64,000 nt of DNA from Nitrososphaeraceae archaeon (GCA_035250975.1 DATFEP010000067.1:1-64000); one strand, 5' to 3'; counted from the first letter of the stretch, positions 29,860 to 40,163 are shown. Numbers and translations are program-made. Notes: a model not told the origin generated them from the sequence alone.

Positions 29860-30363
29860 ATGCATGATAAAATAAATAATGAATATTTAGATATGCTTAG
29901 TAGAGAAAAAATATCTGAGTTTAATGAATTTCGATTAAAGAATCTGACATTTAGACCCAATTTATCTGGCCAAGACTTTTCCCGCAAGGACCTTACTAAC
30001 GCTTATTTGAATGGAGCAATATGTGTTAAAACTAATTTCAATAATTGCATACTTGAAAAAACTAATTTTGTTCAAGCTGAATTAAATGGATCAAATTTTG
30101 AATCTGCAGATTTAACTGAAACATTATTCATGTACGCAGAAATGAAAGATTGTCGATTGATAAATTGCAATATGAATAAGACAAATTTTATGTGGGCAAA
30201 TCTCCAGAATTCGGATTTAGCTGGTAGTAAACTTGATGGAACGATATTTATAGAAGCATATTTACAGAATACGAATTTAGATAACTTAAAAATTGAAAAT
30301 GCATTTATAAAATTTGCTAAACTTGGCAATGGAGAAGATAGGGTTAATAAACTATTAAAGTAA
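29860..30363 (+). CDS. Pentapeptide repeat protein
   Basis: Repeated A/T-(N/D)-L/F-x-x units. Confidence 0.92.
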   Translation: MHDKINNEYLDMLSREKISEFNEFRLKNLTFRPNLSGQDFSRKDLTNAYLNGAICVKTNFNNCILEKTNFVQAELNGSNFESADLTETLFMYAEMKDCRLINCNMNKTNFMWANLQNSDLAGSKLDGTIFIEAYLQNTNLDNLKIENAFIKFAKLGNGEDRVNKLLK

Positions 30364-30412
30364 TCTCTATTCATATCAAGTTGATCAAATAAAGATATTT
30401 GAATGATTGAAA

Positions 30413-30640
30413 ATGAGCAATCGAAAAGCAATATTACTAGTAGACGATAAAGAAGAAACAAAAATCGCAAAAGAGATTCTATTTGTAAACAATATTGATT
30501 TTATCGAATATCATATTAGCAAATTTGAAGAAAGTTGTTGTGGGGAACTACCTACAACTAAAGCTCCTTCTATTATCGCACCAGAAGGAGTGTTTAAAGG
30601 AATTGATGGTATAAAAGAATTTGTTATCTTAAAAACATAA
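30413..30640 (+). CDS. Small glutaredoxin-like hypothetical protein
   Basis: AKEILFVNNIDFIEY...APSI...GVFKGIDGIKEF resembles a Grx fold; vicinal CC. Confidence 0.65.
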   Translation: MSNRKAILLVDDKEETKIAKEILFVNNIDFIEYHISKFEESCCGELPTTKAPSIIAPEGVFKGIDGIKEFVILKT

Positions 30641-31181
30641 CGATTTTATTTTGGTAATAAACAACAATAAAGAACATCTTAGTATTATAAAATAAAATTG
30701 AATTTAAAAACAAAATTGTGTCCTAACTGCTCTAGCATTTTTGATTAAAATATCTTTAGACATTTAGAAATATATTGCAAAAATGATGAATCAAATGTTA
30801 AAGGTGGATAAATGTTTTGTTTGGAGAACAAATTTTTAGTTCTTTTAAAAATATTGAGATTGAATTTGATCTGTCGTTTTATTAGTTAGTAACTTGGTTC
30901 ATTTCACTTATGTGTGAAAGGTGGATAAAAGTAATATTATTTACCATATTATGGTTACAATATAACAATATTTTAGTCTTCCCGAATTTTTGACAGGAAT
31001 TGAGATAGACGGTAGATATACATGTTTTCACACTTATGGATATTTTTATTTGGAAGAGAATAAATGATTTCCTTCATTAGTATGTCAGTTTTATTATTAA
31101 ATAATATAACGTTTGGCGGAATATATGAATTCGTGAACCTCAAAAACATAATGTTTTTTATACCGAATAATCTGTTTTCAG

Positions 31182-31724
31182 ATGGTGGGTATTAACAAGT
31201 TAGATTTAAAATCATTAATTGGAAACTATAAAGACTTTCCTAAGAAAGGAGTGATGTTTAGAGACGTTAATCCGCTTTTCAGAAACTGGAAAGTAACTCA
31301 AGAAATATCTAAAGAATTTATTAAGAAAAATGAGTCACAAGAAATAGATCTGATAGCAGGAATTGAGTCCAGAGGTTTTACTGTAGCCTCTTTACTCGCA
31401 GCAAATTTTAATAAAGGAATCGTCTTACTTAGAAAAGCAGGAAAACTTCCAGGAGATACAATAAGAAAAAATTATGAGATAGAATACGGCAATGCCATGA
31501 TTGAAATTCAGAGAGACGCTGTAAAAGAGGGGCAAAAAATTCTGATTGCGGATGATTTAATAGCCACCGGTGGTACTGCAGCTGCTGCCGCAGAATTAAT
31601 AGAAGAGATTGGAGGAAAAATTTTTGGATTTGCTTTTATTATTGAATTATCTTATCTTAGGGGAGCAGATAAACTCAGGGGTAAAGGTTATGAAGTTCGC
31701 TCATTGGTGAAATATGATGAATAG
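31182..31724 (+). CDS. apt: Adenine phosphoribosyltransferase
   Basis: DFPKKGVMFRD, GIESRGF, RKAGKLP, EYG, DDLIATGGT. Confidence 0.96.
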   Translation: MVGINKLDLKSLIGNYKDFPKKGVMFRDVNPLFRNWKVTQEISKEFIKKNESQEIDLIAGIESRGFTVASLLAANFNKGIVLLRKAGKLPGDTIRKNYEIEYGNAMIEIQRDAVKEGQKILIADDLIATGGTAAAAAELIEEIGGKIFGFAFIIELSYLRGADKLRGKGYEVRSLVKYDE

Positions 31725-32526
31725 AAAAATATCCGAGAATATCAACATAGGAATAATTGGAGGAACAGGAATTTATGATCCTAGTCTTTTCAATGTTATT
31801 GAAGAAAGAAAAGTTAATACCCCTTTTGGAGAACCTTCTGATAAAATAACAATATGTTCTTTAGGTGATAAAAAAATTGCTTTCATACCCCGACATGGAA
31901 AAGAACATAGATTACCGCCTCACAAAATAAATTTTCGTGCAAATATTTGGGCATTAAAAGATTTAGGGGTTAAAACAATTTTGGCTCCTTCAGCTGTAGG
32001 AAGTCTAAAAAAAGAATTTAAACCAGGGAATATCGCTATACCTGATCAATATATTGATTTTACCAAAAAAAGGGAATATACTTTTTATGACGGAGGGATA
32101 GTTTGCCACATCTCTCAGGCAGAACCATTTTGCAATGATCTTAGGGAAATCATTTGCCGACAACTAGAAAAGCTAAAATTTTCATATCATTATAAATGTA
32201 CTTATGTTTGTATCGAGGGTCCGCGATTCTCAACGAAAGCAGAATCGAATTATTATAGAAATGTATTAGACGCAAATATTATAGGTATGACCTTAATTCC
32301 GGAATGTATTTTGGCTAGGGAGATGGAAATTTGTTATCTTTCAATTGCGACTGTAACTGATTACGATGTCTGGGCAGACGTACATGTAACTTCTAGAGAG
32401 ATCGTAAAAACATTAAGTAAAAATGTTGAAAAATTAAGAACATTATTGTTAAATACGATACCAAAAATATCAGAAAAAAGAGACAATTGTAGTTGTGGCA
32501 AATCCCTTGAAAATGCTTTAATTTAA
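31714..32526 (+). CDS. mtnP: S-methyl-5'-thioadenosine phosphorylase
   Basis: GIIGGTG, PRHG, NFRANIWAL, SAVGSL, EGPRFST, GMT, VTDYD. Confidence 0.95.
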   Translation: MMNRKISENINIGIIGGTGIYDPSLFNVIEERKVNTPFGEPSDKITICSLGDKKIAFIPRHGKEHRLPPHKINFRANIWALKDLGVKTILAPSAVGSLKKEFKPGNIAIPDQYIDFTKKREYTFYDGGIVCHISQAEPFCNDLREIICRQLEKLKFSYHYKCTYVCIEGPRFSTKAESNYYRNVLDANIIGMTLIPECILAREMEICYLSIATVTDYDVWADVHVTSREIVKTLSKNVEKLRTLLLNTIPKISEKRDNCSCGKSLENALI

Positions 32527-32584
32527 TTCATCCTTAAATTTTAATTAAATTGTTCTTAGCACTAAAGATTTAAAGTTGCTTCTT

Positions 32585-32884
32585 TCAATCTGGTTTTTCT
32601 ATATTTTGAGGAAGGATTACATCGCCTTCAATTAACTTTCTCTGTACTGTTAATTGTAACTCTTCTGGATCTACACCCATTTTTTTAATTTTTGAGATAG
32701 ATGTATTTGAAAGTTTTATGCTTACGTTATGTCCTCCAATCCGACCGAAAGCAACAGAGGTAAACCTAAAACGATGATTATTAAGGATCACAAATCCTTG
32801 AAGTTTACTAGCAACTTCTCCTCCAGAACAGCTGGTAATAAACACATCAATCTTTAGATTGTTTTCTTCTCGAAAATAGCTCAT
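32585..32884 (-). CDS. Hypothetical protein
   Basis: 99-aa ORF, 4-nt overlap with upstream gene; AFGRIGGHNV. Confidence 0.8.
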   Translation of the reverse strand: MSYFREENNLKIDVFITSCSGGEVASKLQGFVILNNHRFRFTSVAFGRIGGHNVSIKLSNTSISKIKKMGVDPEELQLTVQRKLIEGDVILPQNIEKPD

Positions 32885-33303
32885 TTAGTCTTTATCTCTT
32901 TTGTAACTTCTACTGTTCTATTCACATTCTTTTCTACTAGGAAACTCCACCAGTCATTATCATCGATATGATAATCCTTTACAACAGTTTTAACATAGGT
33001 TTCATCATCTGTATCATAAAAACTGAAAAGACCTTCTTTAACAAGCTTTATTAGTTTCCATCTGTCTTTACCAAGTCTCTTTTTATTTATGACAACTGCC
33101 CATTTTTGATAATTTTCTATTTTAGGCATTCCTATATAGTCAACAATGTCTAGAACACCCAGTCGTTTTTCCTCACAAAATAATTCTTTGGTAATCACAC
33201 TTCTCCAAATATCAACTGCTCCGATAGTTCTGCCATTTTCATTTATGTTTATTACACCGAAGTAAACAATCTTGTCGTTGTTTTCTGAATTTTGTCTACT
33301 CAT
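32881..33303 (-). CDS. Hypothetical protein
   Basis: 140-aa ORF in operon-like arrangement. Confidence 0.8.
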   Translation of the reverse strand: MSRQNSENNDKIVYFGVININENGRTIGAVDIWRSVITKELFCEEKRLGVLDIVDYIGMPKIENYQKWAVVINKKRLGKDRWKLIKLVKEGLFSFYDTDDETYVKTVVKDYHIDDNDWWSFLVEKNVNRTVEVTKEIKTK

Positions 33304-33330
33304 TATTCATTCATTACATGACAATTATCC

Positions 33331-33687
33331 TTATTTAGTTCTTGCAATATCATATGGATGTTCCAAAAATAATCCAAGACTATCTATAAGAGAATTTTTC
33401 TTGAATTCAACGTTTTTTTCTTCACATAATCTCTTGTACCTATTAATGACTGCAAATCGAGGATGAAATACCTCGTAGAGATCTTGAGAATATTCTAACA
33501 ACATATTTTTAGAGATTAAAGAAACGATTAATTTTTTGCAAGTATTTATAGGGATACTATAATGATCAGATATTTCTTTAATACTCTTCATACCCTCAAT
33601 TATTATATAAAGAAAAATTTTTGTTTCTTCCTCAGATAATTCAAGGTTTTGTTTTAGTAAATTTATTAATTTCGATATGTCCTTCAA
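33331..33687 (-). CDS. TrmB-like winged-helix DNA-binding protein
   Basis: LSEEETKIFLYII.EG.KSIKEIS...L.SL..KNML pattern. Confidence 0.7.
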   Translation of the reverse strand: MKDISKLINLLKQNLELSEEETKIFLYIIIEGMKSIKEISDHYSIPINTCKKLIVSLISKNMLLEYSQDLYEVFHPRFAVINRYKRLCEEKNVEFKKNSLIDSLGLFLEHPYDIARTK

Positions 33688-33752
33688 TATTTTTATTTTA
33701 AATACAATTAAATATTAAACTTTGATTCATCTCAATATTAATTACAAAAACA

Positions 33753-34172
33753 CTAAGAAAGACTCTTGTTTACCAGTTTTTGACAATCTACCAACACGCT
33801 TTTTGAATTATCATATGTGATTCTCTCTAAAGTATCCACATACTCGGCCCATTTGAATCCTATGTGTTCATCAGAAAGAACAACCTTCAACGTATTAGTT
33901 TCTGCTAAATAATAAATCACATGTTTTGAAATCAATTTGTTATCACGTTTATATTTGTAAAAAATCTCTTTCCTAAAATTATTTTGGAGAGTAATATTTG
34001 TTATTCCTGTTTCTTCTTTTATTTCTCTAATGACTGTTTCAATTTCGCCCTCGTTTTCTTCTTTGTTGCCTTTCGGAAAATCCCAATGTCCTGAAACATA
34101 ATTCAATAATAAATAAAGAATCTTATTGTTAATTATAGTATACACAACTGCGCCCACAGAGGATTCGTTCAT
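33753..34172 (-). CDS. NUDIX hydrolase, bis(5'-nucleosyl)-tetraphosphatase-like
   Basis: SVGAVV, HWDFPKG...REIKEETG, LSDEH. Confidence 0.9.
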   Translation of the reverse strand: MNESSVGAVVYTIINNKILYLLLNYVSGHWDFPKGNKEENEGEIETVIREIKEETGITNITLQNNFRKEIFYKYKRDNKLISKHVIYYLAETNTLKVVLSDEHIGFKWAEYVDTLERITYDNSKSVLVDCQKLVNKSLS

Positions 34173-34201
34173 CTCACACCGTCAATTCGACTCAATTCTA
34201 A

Positions 34202-34482
34202 TCAAGAATTGCGTTTCCAAATGCAACGTGGGCATTTGTACGTTATCCTCAAGTTCCTTTTACATCTCCTGCAGTGACTGCAGTCACTTCAAAATCATCT
34301 TCTGTTAAATCACTTTCCTTATATGGTGGCAGATAGTCATGTATTTCCATCCACTCCTTAGAACTCATAAAGTATGAACAAAACCATTTCTTAGCAACAG
34401 CATCAAAAAATCCATGCTCATACATAAAATTACCTTGACTATCAGGTATATTTTTATGTTTTAATTTTTTCTCATTTTCCAA
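34202..34482 (-). pseudogene. Small zinc-ribbon-like gene apparently split by a -1 frameshift near 34252
   Basis: ORF 34249..34482 ends ...DVKGT-TGA; the -1 frame continues LRITYKCPRCIWKRNS to a stop at 34202. Confidence 0.55.
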
Positions 34483-35281
34483 ATCTTCTTACCCTATTTT
34501 GATAAGTACGTATTGCTCTGATGAGGTCAATCTTTCTAAATTCAGGCCAAAAGACATCCATAAAGATCAATTCGCTGTAAGCACTTTGCCATAAAAGAAA
34601 ACCACTCAACCTTTTTTCCCCAGATGTTCTTAATATCAAATCCGGATGAGGTTGGGGCAAATGAGATGTATAAAGGCATGATTCAATAATTTTTTCATTT
34701 ATATCATCTATTTTAATTACTCCAGAAATAACCATTGAACTAATTTTTTTAATGGCATCAAGTAATTCCTTTTGTCCACCGTATGCCACTGCTATATTTA
34801 AAAACATTGAACCGTATAACATAGTTTCTTCTTCCAAAATATGAAGTATGTCTTGAAGATCTTTTGGTAAAAGATCTATATTTCCAATCGCTTTAATTCT
34901 CATTTGTTTTTCATGAATCCTAGAATCATCTCGCAATTTACAGAGTTTACCATATAACAAAGAATAGATATTTTCGAGTTCATTATCAGCTCTTTTCAGA
35001 TTCTCATTCGAGAGAACATATACAGTCGTAATTTTTATCTCCAAATCATAAATCCAATTCAATAGATCTTCTGCTTTATCCGCGCCAACAAAATGTCCTT
35101 TATCTATTCCGATAAGATTATATTTTGCCCATCTACGATTGCCATCCAAGATTATTGCAATGTGCTTAGGGAGAGGTTCTCTAATAATTCGAGATTCTAA
35201 CCATCTTTCATAAATTTTATAAATGCCAGTTAATTTAAAGAGAAATTCAAAAATATTTTGTGAAGAGTAACCTATATTCAT
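34472..35281 (-). CDS. uppS: cis-prenyltransferase (undecaprenyl/dolichyl diphosphate synthase)
   Basis: PKHIAIILDGNRRWA, ENLKR, YGG, DLILRTSGEKRLSGFLLWQSAYSE, RRFG. Confidence 0.95.
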   Translation of the reverse strand: MNIGYSSQNIFEFLFKLTGIYKIYERWLESRIIREPLPKHIAIILDGNRRWAKYNLIGIDKGHFVGADKAEDLLNWIYDLEIKITTVYVLSNENLKRADNELENIYSLLYGKLCKLRDDSRIHEKQMRIKAIGNIDLLPKDLQDILHILEEETMLYGSMFLNIAVAYGGQKELLDAIKKISSMVISGVIKIDDINEKIIESCLYTSHLPQPHPDLILRTSGEKRLSGFLLWQSAYSELIFMDVFWPEFRKIDLIRAIRTYQNRVRRFGK

Positions 35282-35338
35282 TTATTATTTTTCGATTATT
35301 ATCAAAATAATCAATGCTTATTTATTTTATAGGATTCG

Positions 35339-36502
35339 CTATGATTTTAAGGATTCTCCATCTTTTCTATTTCTATAATATTGATAAAGGAACGTCGCTG
35401 CAACAAGAGTAATTGCGAGACCGATTAACAATGAAGAGATCAAGTTGAAAGGACTTGTACCTTCAGTAAGTACTGAAGTAAATTGTAAAATTGGGTAATA
35501 TAACAACACCAATATTACTATCCTTAATATATCAGACATCGTTCTGATACTGCCCTTAAACCAATTGCTGAGTAAAGTGCCAGCCATAATTGTCCCGATT
35601 CCAATCCACATCAACAGAATTGTACCTCTGATAAAACTTCCCACAATTTCTTTATTCGTAATAATCTCGTATGACTTCATATCATCCATAAAAATTCCTT
35701 CTGGAATATGAGATATGCCATTAACCACAGAGACCACAATTATCAACATTCCTGCGACTATTGAAAAAATCCTAATGAAACTAGTTGGATTTGGTTTTCC
35801 CAATGACCCAATAGATTTATCAATATCAAACGCCCTGATGATGAATGCACCTCCAAGAATGCTCAATACTAGAGCTATTGCCTCCCTTGTTAATCCAAAG
35901 ATTGTTGCTATCCCACTGGCTACCAATAGAGCACCGGGAACACCCAAAAAAAATCTTGAGTATCTGGGATCATAGACTAGCATCTTTACATACCTAGCAA
36001 AAACGGCGTACGAATATTCTACGCTTCGACTATGTCTAATTACAACTCTATGAATTGAAATAACCGGAATTAACGACTGGATTACAGGAATAACGGTCTC
36101 ATCATCTTCCCCATCAGAAACAATAACAGAAGCATCCGCTTTAAAAACATCTACAATAAATTGAATTTCGGAACCGATTTTTTCATCTCCCTCGATTCCT
36201 CTGTTATATTTACCAGCAACTAACGCTACTTCAGCTTGATATCCTCGTTTAAGAAGATCTTCATATGTCTTTACTGCTGCAAAAATGGCGTTTGCATCAG
36301 AATCTTCAGGATCTTCTATTGCCAATCGGGTACCGGCATTAATACAAGAATCCCTTCCTATAACAGGTGTTTCTATTCCACCTTTTGATCCTATATCATC
36401 ATCCCTATCTATACATAATACAAGTATACGATCATATTTTCTATTTTGTTTAGTTAATAAATCTCCTCTTGATAAACTTCGGTAATCATCATTTTTTGAC
36501 AA
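35339..36502 (-). CDS. DUF373 family membrane protein
   Basis: LVLCIDRDDDIG, DPEDSDAN, SDGEDDE, multiple TM helices. Confidence 0.88.
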   Translation of the reverse strand: MSKNDDYRSLSRGDLLTKQNRKYDRILVLCIDRDDDIGSKGGIETPVIGRDSCINAGTRLAIEDPEDSDANAIFAAVKTYEDLLKRGYQAEVALVAGKYNRGIEGDEKIGSEIQFIVDVFKADASVIVSDGEDDETVIPVIQSLIPVISIHRVVIRHSRSVEYSYAVFARYVKMLVYDPRYSRFFLGVPGALLVASGIATIFGLTREAIALVLSILGGAFIIRAFDIDKSIGSLGKPNPTSFIRIFSIVAGMLIIVVSVVNGISHIPEGIFMDDMKSYEIITNKEIVGSFIRGTILLMWIGIGTIMAGTLLSNWFKGSIRTMSDILRIVILVLLYYPILQFTSVLTEGTSPFNLISSLLIGLAITLVAATFLYQYYRNRKDGESLKS

Positions 36503-36733
36503 AAGGAGTCATTTATAAAATTCGTCAATGACATTAATTAATTTAACTAATAAAAATGATTTTCAGGCTGTTAATTTTTTATTTTTTAAAATATTTCTAT
36601 TTATCTGTTTAAAAATATAAAATCTAAAACCCATTTATCTTTTTTATTTAAAGTTTTCAATCCGACATATAAGAAATAATAAGTATAGTACTTACCAAAG
36701 GCTAAAACTACTTACAAAAATAAAACCTACATT

Positions 36734-38197
36734 CTACATATATTGCAAATCATTTTCTTCTTTCCAAAGATTGATTCGCTGGTGAAACCAAGGATAAAAG
36801 CTGGTATTTTTATCTTCAAATTGTTTTTTTATAATTTTAGCAATCGTTTTAGATACTTCCCCAGGTTCACCGTAAATTTCTTTTTTATTGTTTAAAGATA
36901 TTCCAAATCCTTCAAATTTATCATAAATATTATTTATCATTGATGGAAGCCATTCAGAGTTTATTGGAGGAATAAGTAAATTACTCTTGGCATCAAAAAT
37001 CGTTTCAGGACGATCAGTATTTAATCTAATAGTTAAAGAAAGAACATTTTTAAAATATAGTAATTCCTCTTGCATAGAACCTGAATCCGTCATCTCAGCC
37101 CAACAATTACCGCTATCAAGGAACTCTATTACTTGTCCATACTCTTTCCACAAAGGAGTAGTTAAAAATTTTTCTGGAAATTCTTTAGATAATGATTTAA
37201 TTTTATCTTCTAGACCGTAAAATTTTAATGCTGATTTAGTAGCATTCAGCATTACCAAGATGACCTTATGATCAGAATACTTTATAATATTAACAAGTCC
37301 ATGAATTATGGATTTGAATCTATGTTCTGTTAAATTTTCTCTCCTATGTATATCCATTCTAATCCATTTTCCTTTTTCAAGTTGAGGATAACAATCAAAA
37401 ATACTTCTGTTGACCTTTTGTTTCCTTTTTAGATGGATAGCATCTACTACCGAATTTCCAACGACATGAACAAATTCTTCAGGATATCCTTCTCTAACGA
37501 GGTTATCTTTATTGAGCTGAGTTGGTGCAAAAAAATACTGTGTTCCTGCTGAACATATCCAAGTATCTATCTGTTCTGGAAAAGGTTCTTCTCTAGCTAC
37601 AAACCACTTTCCGTGTAATTGTTCATGTACAAATTTTTCTACAATATCCAATGTCGGTTCTTGATTAACCTTAATTTTTTTCATAATTTCGGGACTCATC
37701 GATCTTAATCCCGCTTCGTTTTGGGCTACTTTTTGTCCCATTCCAAAAACCCAAGCAAGAGGGGCAATCCCTGCAACTAATGTATCTCCATGAACCACAG
37801 GGAGAAGTTTGGATGTCGAACCGAATTTTTCTTTGCAATAACGCCCTAATGATCCGAATTTAGTAATCAAGTCACTTGCTTTTTCCATTAGGTCACCTCT
37901 GATCTGCAAGTCACAGCCTACTGATTCTTCCAGTTTAAATTCTTTTATACCAAACCCTAAAATATCATCAAAATGTTGTCCTGTATCAATTACAAATACT
38001 GGAAGTTTTTCTCTTTTGGCTTCCACAACAAGAGGAGCTTGTTTGTAGAAATCAGGTTTAGTACCTATTACAACAGAAAGGATAGGACTGTTATCCGTTT
38101 TAGCTTTTGAAAAAATATCGGTTAATAAATCTGTATTAATTTTTATTGGTAATGTTTGTTTTGACGTATCAATATGCGCAATGCCATCACTTTTCAA
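36734..38197 (-). CDS. UDP-N-acetylglucosamine 2-epimerase-like protein
   Basis: GTKPD, TGQH, HGDT, EAGLRS, PFPEQ, FAPT, VGNSVVDA, HRREN, TDSGSMQEE. Confidence 0.88.
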   Translation of the reverse strand: MKSDGIAHIDTSKQTLPIKINTDLLTDIFSKAKTDNSPILSVVIGTKPDFYKQAPLVVEAKREKLPVFVIDTGQHFDDILGFGIKEFKLEESVGCDLQIRGDLMEKASDLITKFGSLGRYCKEKFGSTSKLLPVVHGDTLVAGIAPLAWVFGMGQKVAQNEAGLRSMSPEIMKKIKVNQEPTLDIVEKFVHEQLHGKWFVAREEPFPEQIDTWICSAGTQYFFAPTQLNKDNLVREGYPEEFVHVVGNSVVDAIHLKRKQKVNRSIFDCYPQLEKGKWIRMDIHRRENLTEHRFKSIIHGLVNIIKYSDHKVILVMLNATKSALKFYGLEDKIKSLSKEFPEKFLTTPLWKEYGQVIEFLDSGNCWAEMTDSGSMQEELLYFKNVLSLTIRLNTDRPETIFDAKSNLLIPPINSEWLPSMINNIYDKFEGFGISLNNKKEIYGEPGEVSKTIAKIIKKQFEDKNTSFYPWFHQRINLWKEENDLQYM

Positions 38198-38646
38198 TTA
38201 AATTTATCTGATCTAACTCCTTTCTTGGATTTTATGTAAATAAGGAATCCAATAATAAATATTCCTATACCTGCTATCACAAAAACGTATGGTATGTAAA
38301 TAATTAGGTTTTGGAAGAATTCAGATGGTATATTTGAAGAAATACTCAAAGAGACAAACATTCCTACTATCATCAAAACCCCGCTAACAGAAATCAATAT
38401 CCCACCTATTTCACTCCCGTAATTCCTAGAGAGTGCATAAACTATCCCAGCAAGAATAATTGACGGAGCTCCAGAAATGGATACAGTTTTAAATAATACT
38501 CCTTGGATATCTACAAATCTATCTGGACCTAATTTGTCTGGACCTACCAAAAAAAGATAGAAAGATGATATCAAAAGCACGAACATAATTGCTAGACCAA
38601 ACGAACCTAATGCTACCCATATTTCTAAAGGAAAGTTTAATTTCAT
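38194..38646 (-). CDS. Hypothetical four-TM membrane protein
   Basis: Four hydrophobic segments; 4-nt overlap with the downstream gene. Confidence 0.8.
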   Translation of the reverse strand: MKLNFPLEIWVALGSFGLAIMFVLLISSFYLFLVGPDKLGPDRFVDIQGVLFKTVSISGAPSIILAGIVYALSRNYGSEIGGILISVSGVLMIVGMFVSLSISSNIPSEFFQNLIIYIPYVFVIAGIGIFIIGFLIYIKSKKGVRSDKFN

Positions 38647-38672
38647 AATATATCACGACACGCCTACTTCTA

Positions 38673-39695
38673 TCACAACACACCTACTAATTTAGCAATC
38701 TCTTTTCTGGAAGCCGATCCAAGCTCTGCCGCTGAAGTTTCAGGTAAAACATTATTAACGAATACTCCAAATCCTTTTTCCAAGCCACTTAAAGCATATA
38801 ATTGTGGGAATACTTCAATATGCCAATGAAATTGTCTACTATTCTTTTTTTCCGGAGATAGTTGAAAGATGAGATTAAATGAAGGGTTTTTTAAAACCGA
38901 TGACATACCTCCAATAGTAGCTCTAAGAATCATAGCCAGATCAAAAACTTCTTTCTGAGAAATTTTGGTTAATGTAGTGGAATGTTTTTTGGGATATATG
39001 CAAAATTCATATGCATATAATGATGCCCACGGACAAAACGCAAGAAAATTATCTGTTGCGAGAACTTGTCGCGGTCCATCAGATTCAGTAGAAATAGCAA
39101 CGCATGAAGGACATGTTCCGTTTTCATTCACGAATCTGTGAGATAATAACGCTTTGGACTCGATCGTAGGCGGAACTTCTGAGAAAGTAACTATATCTAC
39201 GTGTGAATGGTCTATCTTCGTTCCCGAGAACGGTCCACTATTTATAAAAGCCGAGACATAGGTAACCTTTTTTTGAGTATAAAGCCACCTCATCCTATCT
39301 TGCAAAACCAAAAGAACATTTGACCATTGTTCGACGGAAATCTGAGAAAAATCTTCTGAATGGTTTGGTGTAGCAACTAATATTTGATGATATCCATAGG
39401 CGGGCTCACTATACAATGGTTTTTCCGTATATAATGAAGAATTATTGGGTACGAGGATTGGATACTTACTGTTAAAAACTCTAACATCCCAATCTTTAAT
39501 AATATTGCCTTCTGAATCTGACAATCTTTGAAGCATGCCACCCTTAATTACCAATGAAACAAGCGAAGGTTCTGTTAGATGCTCATTACCCGGACAATAA
39601 GGACATTCATTCATGGTACTTTTTTTTATATCATTAACTCTATCAGGAAAAATTACAAATTTATCCATAACATAATCCTTTCTTAATTCTCCCAA
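38673..39695 (-). CDS. galT: Galactose-1-phosphate uridylyltransferase family protein
   Basis: ELRKD, CPYCPGNE, GYHQIL, HSH, FHWHIEV, GLEKGFG. Confidence 0.85.
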   Translation of the reverse strand: MGELRKDYVMDKFVIFPDRVNDIKKSTMNECPYCPGNEHLTEPSLVSLVIKGGMLQRLSDSEGNIIKDWDVRVFNSKYPILVPNNSSLYTEKPLYSEPAYGYHQILVATPNHSEDFSQISVEQWSNVLLVLQDRMRWLYTQKKVTYVSAFINSGPFSGTKIDHSHVDIVTFSEVPPTIESKALLSHRFVNENGTCPSCVAISTESDGPRQVLATDNFLAFCPWASLYAYEFCIYPKKHSTTLTKISQKEVFDLAMILRATIGGMSSVLKNPSFNLIFQLSPEKKNSRQFHWHIEVFPQLYALSGLEKGFGVFVNNVLPETSAAELGSASRKEIAKLVGVL

Positions 39696-39899
39696 CGTAA
39701 TTTTCCTTCTAAAACGTCATTTCATCCTTTAATTAAAGGTTCTGGATCTGATGATAAATATTTTAAGAAAAATAAACAAAAATAGTTTTAGAAAAAATTA
39801 ACAACTGTAATTTCACTTTTGATAAGTATGTTGTGAAAAGATTTTCAGAACCATAAGTTTAAAATATAGTTTCTGAATTGATAGAATTGATAAAATAGT

Positions 39900-40154
39900 A
39901 TGACAATGCCAAAAGGTTTTGGATCAAATCCTAGTACCACGGGAAAGAGAAGTTTTACCGACTGGTGGACCAATGTTCCCTCAGATTTAAAACAAAAAGC
40001 CAGAAAAGGAGACGAGAGTAATAAACCATTATTAAATCAAGTGAATTATGTTTTATTACATCTTCATCTTGCCGGAAAACATGACGCAAAACCATCACAT
40101 GAAGAATTAAAAGATTGGTTGCATAGTGGTCAAGTAGACGTCCTTAGAAAATAA
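39900..40154 (+). CDS. Small hypothetical protein
   Basis: 84-aa ORF with ATG, followed by a T-tract. Confidence 0.8.
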   Translation: MTMPKGFGSNPSTTGKRSFTDWWTNVPSDLKQKARKGDESNKPLLNQVNYVLLHLHLAGKHDAKPSHEELKDWLHSGQVDVLRK

Positions 40155-40163
40155 TCCCACAGT

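Noticed and set aside
34246-34251. TGA read-through (selenocysteine) in the 77-aa ORF
   Set aside because: The same frame stops again after one more codon (GGA TAA); the useful continuation is in the -1 frame
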